A stretch of DNA of 64,000 bases from Thermoplasmata archaeon (lineage in GTDB: Archaea > Thermoplasmatota > Thermoplasmata > Thermoplasmatales > GCA-001856825), in the NCBI GenBank assembly GCA_021792255.1, contig JAJYUZ010000001.1, positions 160,001 to 224,000 on the forward strand. Reading direction: 5' to 3'. The first letter of the stretch is position 1. Each line of letters begins with the position of its first letter. A model generated the notes under the pieces. The model was not told the origin of the DNA. It did no database searches and saw nothing but the letters and a program-made list of their open reading frames with translations. Position numbers and translations under genes: made by a program. Of the stretch, positions 1-9,248 are shown piece after piece.

Positions 1-1
1 A

Positions 2-181
2 ACCGATGCAATGCAAGATGTAAATGAAGGGAATGCATCTTTTGCATTCCTGGTAAAGCCAGTCGATCCAAAGGTTGTCTGGAATGCGGCCATGAATGAC
101 GAAGTCATGCCAGAGAAATCAACCGACTTTTACCCAAAATTGATTTCGGGCCTGATGATGTTTGACCTTCTCGAACGGTAG
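2..181 (+). CDS. DUF1015 family protein, C-terminal fragment (begins before window)
   Basis: Manual translation ...EVMPEKSTDFYPKLISGLMMFDLLER* matches the MPxKSTxFxPKxxSGL C-terminal motif of DUF1015. Confidence 0.8.
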   Translation, partial: TDAMQDVNEGNASFAFLVKPVDPKVVWNAAMNDEVMPEKSTDFYPKLISGLMMFDLLER

Positions 182-299
182 AACTACTCCAGATTTTAAC
201 GAGTTATCAAATGGGCTATAGATTTCTACAACAAGAACTGGTCCCCGTAAAGATCTTTCATTTACTGTTATGGTGGCTTGATTTAGACTATTTCCTTAA

Positions 300-401
300 T
301 CCCGGCTGCCGGATTTGAACCAGCGACCTGTGGATGGCGGCGGTTGCGCCACAGCGCTATCCCTCTACAGTCCACCGCTCTACCAACTGAGCTAAGCCGG
401 G
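300..401 (-). tRNA. tRNA-Tyr(GTA) with 29-nt intron at position 37/38 (intron 336-364)
   Basis: Reverse complement CCCGGCTTAGCTCAGTTGGTAGAGCGGTGGACTGTAG[intron]ATCCACAGGTCGCTGGTTCAAATCCGGCAGCCGGGA; archaeal C1-G72 Tyr acceptor; anticodon stem GTGGA/TCCAC. Confidence 0.93.
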
Positions 402-599
402 TATTGGGTTATAACTGCACACAAAAATATTTTTCCTATACCTCAGACCACCGCCCGATAGACCTTCAAACTTAGATATTGCGCAAAATTAACTGAATAA
501 TAAAAATATTTTAGGGGGTATTTGCAGCGTTTTCAAAGAGCAGAAATGTTAGGAAAATATTAATTAATGAGGAATATATTTATTGGCAGGTGAACACCA

Positions 600-977
600 A
601 TGCCAATGACGTTCAGAAAAAGGACCGTTATCAAGACTGACAGACCTCCTAAAGAGCCAAGAAAATACATAGACCTTAATGAGTATCAATTTACAGACGA
701 GCCTGGAGCAGGAACCTCGGTAAAGATAGGAGAATTGATTAAATTTGAAGAGGTCCCTCAATTTTCAGAAATCGTTCTGAACGGGGACGTTCTGATACTC
801 GACTACGCTGCAATTCAATCCGATGAGCTTCAAATGCGAAGAATAGTCAGCGAATTGAAAAGATCAGCCGGCGATAATGGAGGAGATGTTGTCGCACTTG
901 GCAATAGATACCTCATAGTTACTCCCAGAGGAATGAAGATAGACAGAAATAAGGTCAGAACTCCTTCATCCCTTTGA
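600..977 (+). CDS. sepF: cell division protein SepF (archaeal type)
   Basis: YIDL N-terminal motif, GDVLILD, GGDVVALGNRYLIVTP; GGTGA SD upstream. Confidence 0.8.
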   Translation: MPMTFRKRTVIKTDRPPKEPRKYIDLNEYQFTDEPGAGTSVKIGELIKFEEVPQFSEIVLNGDVLILDYAAIQSDELQMRRIVSELKRSAGDNGGDVVALGNRYLIVTPRGMKIDRNKVRTPSSL

Positions 978-1116
978 TTTTTTTCTTTTTAATTTCCACT
1001 GGATATTTTCTTAGACATCGTGTTAAGCACTCTGCTTCCTACTAGTGAGATTTTGGTAGAATTTGCAAGGAAATAAGTGAAGTAAATATTAATAACAATT
1101 GAAAAATGCGGTAGGG

Positions 1117-3207
1117 ATGCCATCATATCTATTAAACTGGGAACTGTTCATACTCGCAACTGCTTTAATTGGCCTTGCATATGCAGCTTTGCAGAGCTTT
1201 TTGCTCCTGAGAATACCGGTAACTGAACAGAAGCCAGAAAAAATTTCGATGTCAATACGTCAGGGTGCTAACGCATTCATGCGAAGACAGTACACGAGCG
1301 TATTCATCTTTGCAGCCATTTTAGCTGTAATAATCTTCGTTGCATTCTATCTGTCTTCCGGTCTTTCAGAAGCTTGGAAGCTGACGGTCGGCTTTTTGGT
1401 AGGGGCAACGGGTTCTGCTGTAGCAGGACTAATTGGAATGAGCATTTCGGTCCGTGCAAATGTCAGGACCGCAATCGAGGCAAAGAAGGGACTGAACCCT
1501 GCTCTGAAGCTTGCCTTCAGAGGGGGGACTGTAACTGGCTTGATAGTAGCTTCGTTAGCCTTGCTAGGGCTTGTAGTGTTTTATATGTGGTTCGGAAGTC
1601 CCATGTTGATGATAGGTTACATCTTTGGGGCATCCCTGGTGAGCCTCTTTGCAAGAGTTGGGGGAGGGATCTATACAAAGGGTGCTGACGTTGGAGCTGA
1701 CCTTGTAGGCAAAGTGGAAGCGGGTATTCCCGAAGACGATCCGAGAAACCCTGCAGTCATCGCAGACAATGTTGGCGATAATGTGGGTGACTGTGCTGGA
1801 ATGGGTGCAGACCTATTCGAGACATACGTGGTCACTGCCCTTTCGGCGATGCTACTAGGATATCTGATTTATTCATCGCACTCAGGTTCAAAGTACCTTT
1901 CTCAAAGCGGGATCATCTTGCCACTCGCTATAGGAGGGACTGCAATCCTTGCGACAATAGTTGGATCATTCTTCGTGAAGAAAGGTGAAAAACAACGGAT
2001 AATGACAGCCCTTTACAAAGGGCTTATTGTTACAGTAATACTGTCAGTGATTGGATTTTACGTAGTCGATTATTACTTGATGCGAGGAAATCTGGCTATC
2101 TTCTTTGATGCCATAATCGGTGTTGTCATAATGGGAGTCATCGTCTATGTCACAGAGTACTATACATCTGAGAGATTCTCGCCTGTCGCAAAGATAGCGA
2201 AATCATCAGTGACTGGGACTGGAACTAACATTATAACCGGCTTGGCTTACGGACTCCAAGCTGTCTTTATTCCAGCAATAGTCATAGTGGCCGGCATAGT
2301 GATATCGTTTTCCATCACTTACAATTCGTATGGGGGCAACTCGGAAATGGGTCTCTATGGAATCGCGATCGCTGCAGCGAGCATGTTGTCAGCAACGGGA
2401 ATGATAATTTCGATAGACTCTTACGGACCGATTACGGATAATGCAGGCGGAATAGCAGAAATGTCAGGGTTCGATGAAAAGACTAGAAAAGAAGTGACAG
2501 ATCCTCTCGATGCTGTTGGAAATACAACAAAGGCAGTTACGAAAGGTTATGCGATAGGTAGCGCGGCGCTGGCAGCACTTACACTCTTCGCCGCCTTTAA
2601 GACTATTATAGCAGTGAATCCCAGTTTCCAGACAATTCAGCTCGACGATCCTATCGTTGTAACGGGACTAATAATAGGGGGTTCTCTACCGTTCTTTTTC
2701 ACTTCTTATCTGATGAACGCAGTTGGAAAGGCTGCATCCGCCATCGTCGAAGAAGTGAGGTCACAATTCAGACTCAAGCCAAAGATTCTTTCTGGAGAAG
2801 ACGAGCCCGACTATGGAAGAGCAGTAGACATTGTTACAAAGGAGGCACTGAGGCAGTTGATGGTGCCTGCAGTTATTGCTGTTCTTACACCAATAGTTGT
2901 AGGATTTCTGCTTGGGCCTCTCGCCGTTGGAGGATTGTTGATAGGTGTGATAATATCAGGTTTCCCACTTGCGATTATGATGACTGTGGGTGGGGGAGCA
3001 TGGGATAACGCAAAGAAGTACATAGAACAAGGAAACCTTGGAGGAAAGGGGTCTGAAGCTCACAAGGCGGCCGTTGTCGGTGATACTGTCGGGGATGCAA
3101 CAAAAGATACTGCAGGACCAGCCATAAATCCTCTAGTAAAAGTCGTCAACACAATTTCCATACTCTTTGTCAGTATCATAATGTATCATTATCTGATACA
3201 CATTTAG
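1117..3207 (+). CDS. hppA: membrane-bound proton-translocating pyrophosphatase, K+-independent type
   Basis: DVGADLVGKVE, DNVGDNVGD and GNTTKA motifs; many TM segments; ATG 1117 lies 30 nt after a TATA-like box (ORF track starts at 1099). Confidence 0.93.
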   Translation: MPSYLLNWELFILATALIGLAYAALQSFLLLRIPVTEQKPEKISMSIRQGANAFMRRQYTSVFIFAAILAVIIFVAFYLSSGLSEAWKLTVGFLVGATGSAVAGLIGMSISVRANVRTAIEAKKGLNPALKLAFRGGTVTGLIVASLALLGLVVFYMWFGSPMLMIGYIFGASLVSLFARVGGGIYTKGADVGADLVGKVEAGIPEDDPRNPAVIADNVGDNVGDCAGMGADLFETYVVTALSAMLLGYLIYSSHSGSKYLSQSGIILPLAIGGTAILATIVGSFFVKKGEKQRIMTALYKGLIVTVILSVIGFYVVDYYLMRGNLAIFFDAIIGVVIMGVIVYVTEYYTSERFSPVAKIAKSSVTGTGTNIITGLAYGLQAVFIPAIVIVAGIVISFSITYNSYGGNSEMGLYGIAIAAASMLSATGMIISIDSYGPITDNAGGIAEMSGFDEKTRKEVTDPLDAVGNTTKAVTKGYAIGSAALAALTLFAAFKTIIAVNPSFQTIQLDDPIVVTGLIIGGSLPFFFTSYLMNAVGKAASAIVEEVRSQFRLKPKILSGEDEPDYGRAVDIVTKEALRQLMVPAVIAVLTPIVVGFLLGPLAVGGLLIGVIISGFPLAIMMTVGGGAWDNAKKYIEQGNLGGKGSEAHKAAVVGDTVGDATKDTAGPAINPLVKVVNTISILFVSIIMYHYLIHI

Positions 3208-4289
3208 ACTTCTCTCAACTTTTTAATTATTTTAATTAATTTCATGTTCCCTTTTATATCATGCACTCTGATGAGGTCAGCGCCTTTCATAATTGCAACC
3301 GAATTAAAAATGAGAGAAGACTCACCCCTCTCGTCGACACTTTCGTTCATTATCTCACCAATGTAACTCTTACGCGACAGACCAATCAGAAGAGGATGAC
3401 CGAGTTTGAAGTCCATGAGATTGTCGATTATTTTGAGGTTGTCCTCCACCCTCTTACCGAACCCAATCCCTGGATCTAGGATCAGGTTGTCTTCTATGCC
3501 AAGCGCAGTAGCCTGAGAAATCTTCTTCAAGAAGAAACTTATTATTTCGTTCACCACATTCTTGTATGTTGGCGAGTGTTGCATTGTCTTGAAACTTCCT
3601 TTTTTGTGCATTACAATGAGTGGTACATCATACTTCCTTGCAAGTTTTCCGACTTCCAGATTCTCCAAACCTGTGACGTCATTGATTATGTGCGCACCCA
3701 TCTCAAGACATTCTTTTAGCACTTCCGGCCTGTATGAATCTATAGACACGGTAAATTTCATGTTTAGCGAGGTCTCTACCGCATATGAGATTCTCCTAAT
3801 CTCATTCTTTGAAGACACTTGTTTGCTCCCTGGTCTAGTACTTTGCCCGCCGATATCGACTATGTTGCATCCAGTCGTTTTAATCTCTTCTAGCTTCTGT
3901 TCCAGTTCACTCTCTTTTGTTCTGCTGACTGGGTAGAAGGAGTCCGGTGTCATGTTGATTATTGCCATTGCTGAGGGAAATTGAATTAGGTTTGAATCTC
4001 CATGAATTCTCAAGGAATGCGTAGATTTCCAGAAATCTCTCATTGCTGGATAGTTAAGCTTAGAGATTAGATCATTAATTTGATCGGGTTCAAGAGGATA
4101 AATCAGATTTCCTTTAGAGGCCCACCCTGCCGAGTTCTGATCAGAGAGGTTAGGTGTAACCAGAAAAGCTCGAAAATCTGCCACTTCGGATAACGGAATA
4201 TTAAACTCCTTTGAGATTGCTTCAGGATTGAACCTGAAGAAGATTCTCTCATACCATTGACGTGAATTGGGCATGGGGAATACCCTCAA
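3204..4289 (-). CDS. folP: dihydropteroate synthase with N-terminal extension (start uncertain)
   Basis: IINMTPDSF, DIGGQSTRPG, DPGIGFGK, GLSRKS, IRVHD. Confidence 0.9.
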   Translation of the reverse strand: MRVFPMPNSRQWYERIFFRFNPEAISKEFNIPLSEVADFRAFLVTPNLSDQNSAGWASKGNLIYPLEPDQINDLISKLNYPAMRDFWKSTHSLRIHGDSNLIQFPSAMAIINMTPDSFYPVSRTKESELEQKLEEIKTTGCNIVDIGGQSTRPGSKQVSSKNEIRRISYAVETSLNMKFTVSIDSYRPEVLKECLEMGAHIINDVTGLENLEVGKLARKYDVPLIVMHKKGSFKTMQHSPTYKNVVNEIISFFLKKISQATALGIEDNLILDPGIGFGKRVEDNLKIIDNLMDFKLGHPLLIGLSRKSYIGEIMNESVDERGESSLIFNSVAIMKGADLIRVHDIKGNMKLIKIIKKLREV

Positions 4290-4551
4290 TATAGATCACA
4301 TTCTCTTTAGAAATGTATTCCAGTTCGATGGCTATGCTGACGCACCTCTTTCCAACCAAGTTCGCTACGGTGCACATTGACAAGAGATCTCTCAACGCAT
4401 CGTCTTCTACGAGCACTTCCTTATAGAAGTTTTCAGAAACCTCCAGTCTGTACTTTCCATCTTTGAGTACCTTGCCTAACAACTCTTCATCTGCAACGGC
4501 GAGCAACGTATCACTCGGAGTTCTAAAGAATCTAGTCCAGATCAAATCCAT
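4249..4551 (-). CDS. DUF424 family protein
   Basis: LLAVADEELLGK...VSENFY...ANLVGKRCV...IEGIPHAQ pattern. Confidence 0.8.
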   Translation of the reverse strand: MDLIWTRFFRTPSDTLLAVADEELLGKVLKDGKYRLEVSENFYKEVLVEDDALRDLLSMCTVANLVGKRCVSIAIELEYISKENVIYIEGIPHAQFTSMV

Positions 4552-4609
4552 CCCTCTGTTCCACCATGCTCTGAATGAAATCGTGTTAGCATATTTCTAT
4601 TATCACCCA

Positions 4610-7600
4610 TCAAGATCTTAGAAGTCTATAGAACCCAGATTTCGGTTCTATCAACTGTCCTTTATCTCTTAGCAGTTTTATATTTCTCTCGACTTGACTT
4701 TGATCTAGCCCAGCGCCTTTGGCTTCCTCTTCGATCTGTTTTATCGACACATCTCTACCTTTGTTCTCATCGTGAAGTTTCCTAATGATTTCGCTCAAGG
4801 AGAGTAATCCCTTCCTGTCTTTGGACGCATATCCGGTAAGAATTATATCGATATCCGGAATTCCATTGACCAGAGTTGTTTGATTCAGGAAGGATTCCAT
4901 TAGCTTTTGCCCCTTTTCCACGTCCTCTTCAGTTATCCTGTCTGAAAGCCTAATCCTTGCCGAAGCTTCTGACAATCTGATCAGGGCTTCGAGCTGCCTT
5001 GGTGTAATAGCCACTGAGCCCTGTTTGGAGGAAGAAGCCCTCTTTTCTACGTAGAATTTCCCGATTTTATCTTTCGCACTCGGAGACAGTATGGGGAAAC
5101 AGAATTTTCTCGCATAAACTATGTACTTCTTCATGAATTCGTGGTCGAAAAATGGTTTAAATTCTGATTTCTCTATTGCCAGTCCACTCGCTATCTTTTC
5201 CCCGTCTGAATGTACTTTTAGAATGTAATTAGACATGTCAACATCAGTTTTCCCGGGTCTGTCGACGATCACGAATATCAGGTCAAATCTAGATAAAAGG
5301 GTGGGGGGAAAGTCTGTCTGGTTGGTAAAGGGTTCATTTTCATCAAACCTTCCAAATTTAGGATTGGCGGCTCCGAGGACAGCACACCGTGACATCAGAG
5401 TCGCATTGATTCCGGCTTTGCTAATGGTAATCGTTTGCTGCTCCATTGATTCGTGGAGAGCGCTGCTGTCTTCCTTGCTCATCTTATCAAGTTCATCGAC
5501 TGCCGCTAGTCCGCCATCTGCCAGAACCAGTGTGCCTGCTTCAAGAGTCCATCTTCCCTCAGAAAACTCATCCTTTACAGCAGCCGCGGTGAGACCGGCA
5601 GCTGAACTACCTTTGCCTGAACTGTAGATAGATTTTGGCGACAGGTTTATCGAATACTTTAAAATCTGGCTCTTTGCAGTGTTGTGCGAGACAATACCAT
5701 TGGCTAAGAACCTGTGGCCTTTAGGAACCTCAATATCGAAAACATCAGCGTATTCCAGCTTCCTTACCGCTATCACCTTCTCAGTCCTTTGGCTGTGTCT
5801 TTTGTGAGGCTTCAACTTGACGGAATCTGCAAGATCTTTTAGCTTATCCTGTTTTGCTTTGAGAGCAAACCCTATCTTTTCCCTGAATTTCACTATGTCT
5901 TTCGATCTCCTTATAACAAGATTGTAAGCGCTGCGCTGTTGAAGAACTCCAGGTATTCTAGAGTGTATACCAAATCTTAATAGCAGTATTTGGACATCTC
6001 GTAACAGTTCTAAGTCTGATGACTTTAGTTGCACTTCTCTCTTACCCCTTCCCTTGTCGAAGACACAACCATCTGCGGTGAACAGCCACTTTATGAATTC
6101 TGAAACGACTGCGTTTCCGGATTGAAGAATGAGATCTGGAGCTCGCTTGTTCCTGAGGAAAGACAGGTTGTAACTCACATCTTCACTATTTATTTCGCAA
6201 TAGTAGAGTCGCGTTTTCCTCTTAATGGTCCTTTCACCGATGAGAGAATCACTTGGGATGCGCTCTAATATACGAGGTGCTACATTGAACAGTCTTTTTG
6301 CAAGAATAGAAAGTTGGTCTATCAGCTCTTTTTCACTTTCAGCTACGACAAAGCCTGTCTTGTATTTTCCAATCCAACCTTCACCGAGCATATATCCTAA
6401 AAACGCTCCAAGTTCAGGTGTCACTCTATCGGGCAGTATGGTCTTTGATCTCGGTCCAAATCGTGACTGAATGTGAGCAAAACTAGTTGGAATGTGTTTT
6501 TTTATCGTACATCTGATACCCGATGTCGCCACCAGTTTGTCTCCCGGTCTAATTTCATCCAGTCGTTTCCACCTGTGGACTGGCTTCTTATCGAAGCTGA
6601 ATTCCTTACCAGTAATAGGGTTCCTTGCAGCTATAGGGACGGAACGTTTCCCAGCTTCAGACACAAGAAGTGGGTGGTTGTATGTGCCTACAATGCTCTT
6701 TCCAGATTCGGTGACTATCTCAAGCACTGGTTGTCTTCTGTAGGAATGAAAGACCGTGGCGATATCTCTCTTCCATCCCTGTCCGGTCTGCAGGGGAAGA
6801 TTTATTTTCTCCATGTGGGTCCTGCCAATATTCCCAATCTTCCATATCGCCCCGTTGCCCAGCACAACTCGCTCGTCGCCTATCAAACACCCAGGGTCTC
6901 CAAAGAGAAGTATGTGTATATCACCTCTGACGTAGGTTCCGTCTTCGAATACTTTTCGCACTCCTCCAAACAGTTGAAATATAACGGCCTCTTTGACCGT
7001 TTCCATTGCAAAAATGGTTGGTGCGACGCTAGAAACAAGCTTAGAATAGATCTCAGGGTCCTTGGCCACTCTCTTTATTTCTTCAACATCTTTGTCGCCG
7101 ATCTGGACTTCCTCATACTCGGAAGATTCTCTCCCAATGTAAGTTGCTTCAAGAAAGATATCAAATTGGTTGGTGGGAGAATTTCCAACGAACTTCTGTT
7201 TCCCCTTCAGTATACCATTGACCGTGATCCTATCTCCAGGGTTGAATTTTCCACAAATCTCATCTTCCAGATGAACAGATAATTTGGCAGGTTGGGATGC
7301 TCCCTTTAATAACTCGGGTTTCTCCTGAACTTCGATAATTTGAGTGTCCATATAGATGCTCTTTTCCGGAAGGAATTGGAACTTCGTCTGATCCTTTCCT
7401 CTCCCACATTGGGAACAAGCGACGGGCTCCAGCAATTTAGAACCTAGCTGGGGGTATATATCGATGGTTTTGCAATAGGCACAAAGGAAAGCAGCCATGG
7501 TTATCGTAGGAACTACTTCAGATACTCTCTTGACGATTCCGTCAATTTGCAAAAATGTGTTAAGATCACTGCTTCTTAAGTCTCTTATTACCCTCTTTAG

Positions 7601-7915
7601 GTCAGGTAAGAACGACGAGATGTTTATGTTGACCCTTCGATCTTTTCTTGACTTAAATCCCTCTGAAAGGAAGTCGGAATAGAGTGATTCTTTTAACAAC
7701 CTGACGTATTCGTCGGGGGACTTAATGAAACTCAATGCAAAGTCTCTGTTTAATGCGTCAATATCCTCGTACTTTATCAGAATCGCCCTGTCTCTTGAAT
7801 CTGGATCATTGAGTCTTGAGATTTCGACACTCTTATCCGTCAAAATTTCTCGCCATAACGATTTAATCTCATCTTCTCTGAAGTACTCTCTCATCTCGTA
7901 TTGATGCATCTTCAT
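4610..7915 (-). CDS. mcm: MCM replicative helicase containing an intein
   Basis: C4 zinc finger, Walker A GDPG|TAKSQ after intein removal, GLTAAAVKD, DELDKM, arginine finger LLSRFD. Confidence 0.96.
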   Translation of the reverse strand: MKMHQYEMREYFREDEIKSLWREILTDKSVEISRLNDPDSRDRAILIKYEDIDALNRDFALSFIKSPDEYVRLLKESLYSDFLSEGFKSRKDRRVNINISSFLPDLKRVIRDLRSSDLNTFLQIDGIVKRVSEVVPTITMAAFLCAYCKTIDIYPQLGSKLLEPVACSQCGRGKDQTKFQFLPEKSIYMDTQIIEVQEKPELLKGASQPAKLSVHLEDEICGKFNPGDRITVNGILKGKQKFVGNSPTNQFDIFLEATYIGRESSEYEEVQIGDKDVEEIKRVAKDPEIYSKLVSSVAPTIFAMETVKEAVIFQLFGGVRKVFEDGTYVRGDIHILLFGDPGCLIGDERVVLGNGAIWKIGNIGRTHMEKINLPLQTGQGWKRDIATVFHSYRRQPVLEIVTESGKSIVGTYNHPLLVSEAGKRSVPIAARNPITGKEFSFDKKPVHRWKRLDEIRPGDKLVATSGIRCTIKKHIPTSFAHIQSRFGPRSKTILPDRVTPELGAFLGYMLGEGWIGKYKTGFVVAESEKELIDQLSILAKRLFNVAPRILERIPSDSLIGERTIKRKTRLYYCEINSEDVSYNLSFLRNKRAPDLILQSGNAVVSEFIKWLFTADGCVFDKGRGKREVQLKSSDLELLRDVQILLLRFGIHSRIPGVLQQRSAYNLVIRRSKDIVKFREKIGFALKAKQDKLKDLADSVKLKPHKRHSQRTEKVIAVRKLEYADVFDIEVPKGHRFLANGIVSHNTAKSQILKYSINLSPKSIYSSGKGSSAAGLTAAAVKDEFSEGRWTLEAGTLVLADGGLAAVDELDKMSKEDSSALHESMEQQTITISKAGINATLMSRCAVLGAANPKFGRFDENEPFTNQTDFPPTLLSRFDLIFVIVDRPGKTDVDMSNYILKVHSDGEKIASGLAIEKSEFKPFFDHEFMKKYIVYARKFCFPILSPSAKDKIGKFYVEKRASSSKQGSVAITPRQLEALIRLSEASARIRLSDRITEEDVEKGQKLMESFLNQTTLVNGIPDIDIILTGYASKDRKGLLSLSEIIRKLHDENKGRDVSIKQIEEEAKGAGLDQSQVERNIKLLRDKGQLIEPKSGFYRLLRS
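5681..6889 (-). mobile_element. 403-aa intein with LAGLIDADG homing endonuclease in MCM Walker A
   Basis: Starts CLIGDERV, block B GTYNHPLL, LGAFLGYMLGEG and FIKWLFTADG motifs, ends VFDIEV...FLANGIVSHN; +1 residue is Thr. Confidence 0.95.
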
Positions 7916-8006
7916 TATTTTATTCTTTGTGGCAGGGATAAGTAACGAAGTCAGTCTTAAGCCTTCATTTTACAACCAAAAAGGGGAAAGAAAGAATTGG
8001 AAGTTC

Positions 8007-8519
8007 CTAAAATTGTTGGAGTGGTTTGTTCTTTGAACGGAGAACTGCTCCAAGTATTGCGATTACAAAACCTGCAATTGCCGCGATTACCCCTGCTACG
8101 ACTAGGACTCCGAACAACTCCACCTGTCCGAAATTAAAGGGAATTGATGCATAGGCAACTCTGGGGGCACCACTTCCGAAGGTGACAACATAGTAAGTTC
8201 CCCCAAGTCCAGTATATACTGAAGCATTCCCAGCTGAATACGTTGGACTCACAGCGTACGTTTGAATGTTCGACAAATTGGCTGAATTAAGGTCTTGCGA
8301 TGGAATAAGATAGAAACTCACGTTTGAACTGACATCAATTTCGCCATTTGGATATCCAGTCAGCTCGTTGGAGTAATAATGGCCATTAGGCCCGAGATAC
8401 ATAGAAGTTCCAGAGTCGCTAGATTCACTCGAAATTTCTAAAACCGCGATTCCCGCTACTACTATCCCCGCTACTAGTATTAGAATTCCCATGAGCAGAA
8501 GGTTCTTCCGCACACTCAC
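8007..8519 (-). CDS. hypothetical membrane protein
   Basis: N- and C-terminal hydrophobic helices flanking a Ser/Tyr/Gly-rich segment. Confidence 0.7.
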   Translation of the reverse strand: MSVRKNLLLMGILILVAGIVVAGIAVLEISSESSDSGTSMYLGPNGHYYSNELTGYPNGEIDVSSNVSFYLIPSQDLNSANLSNIQTYAVSPTYSAGNASVYTGLGGTYYVVTFGSGAPRVAYASIPFNFGQVELFGVLVVAGVIAAIAGFVIAILGAVLRSKNKPLQQF

Positions 8520-8676
8520 CTAGTTTCAAAACATATAATTAGTTTTTCTACTCGTTCTAAGTAGCAAACGGCGTGAGAGTTTTAGCTAAAGTTGAGTTCG
8601 GGCTTTGACTACCCTTATCTATTCGGGGATCACTGCAAATATTTAATAAAACGGCGACAATCCACGGAGTGCAAAA

Positions 8677-8749
8677 GCAGGTGTTGTGTAGCCTGGTAGC
8701 ACAAAGGCCTTCCAAGCCTTTAGCCCGGGTCCAAATCCCGGCACCTGCA
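8677..8749 (+). tRNA. tRNA-Gly(TCC); integration target
   Basis: GCAGGTG/CACCTGC acceptor stem, AAGGC-CT-TCC-AA-GCCTT anticodon arm, CCGGG-TCCAAAT-CCCGG T arm; TATA-like TTTAATAA upstream. Confidence 0.92.
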
Positions 8750-8751
8750 TA
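8739..8751 (+). repeat. attL core CGGCACCTGCATA
   Basis: Identical to 14819-14831; overlaps tRNA-Gly 3' end. Confidence 0.88.
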
Positions 8752-8955
8752 GAATTAAAAGTTCAAATAAGCACCTAATAAGTTAATGAAGGTCCTTAAC
8801 TCATATTTAAAGAAAAACTCATTTTAATAATATAAAAATACTCAGATACTTGAAATAAAAATTGGGCTGATCCCAGGTTGAGTCAGTTACAAACTGTATT
8901 TATAGGACCATCCCCGATGATTATCAGATAAATCTCACACATCTATCGGACGATT

Positions 8956-9117
8956 ATGGAATCCGTTATGGAATGGGAGACCTTCATTAGAAAGTCGGGT
9001 GGCACCTTCTACGCGAGAATACCTAGTGATTGGGTAAGGAACAAGAGAATCCAGAAAGGTGATGAGATCAAGGTTTCTTTGAATGTGGACGGGTCTTTGA
9101 GGATTGACAAGAAATGA
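8956..9117 (+). CDS. AbrB/MazE/SpoVT-family DNA-binding protein (53 aa; not in ORF track)
   Basis: MESVMEWETFIRKSGGTFYARIPSDWVRNKRIQKGDEIKVSLNVDGSLRIDKK: RKSGG-S/T, IP, KGD swapped-hairpin pattern. Confidence 0.85.
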   Translation: MESVMEWETFIRKSGGTFYARIPSDWVRNKRIQKGDEIKVSLNVDGSLRIDKK

Positions 9118-9248
9118 CTGTCTCTCAGCAAGAACCCAAATGGTTGAAGCTCTGGAATCAACTTATCCAAGAGGTTCAAGAGCGCAAGAAAACAGAGAAG
9201 GCCGATAACAGTGAGGTAGTTTCAAATGAGCAAGAAACAGACAGATAA
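9114..9248 (+). CDS. small hypothetical protein (44 aa)
   Basis: MTVSQQEPKWLKLWNQLIQEVQERKK...; ATGA overlap with the AbrB gene stop and overlaps the rep start. Confidence 0.5.
   Translation: MTVSQQEPKWLKLWNQLIQEVQERKKTEKADNSEVVSNEQETDR

Noticed and set aside
6473-7282. 269-aa plus-strand ORF
   Set aside because: Antisense shadow of mcm and its intein; no recognisable motifs
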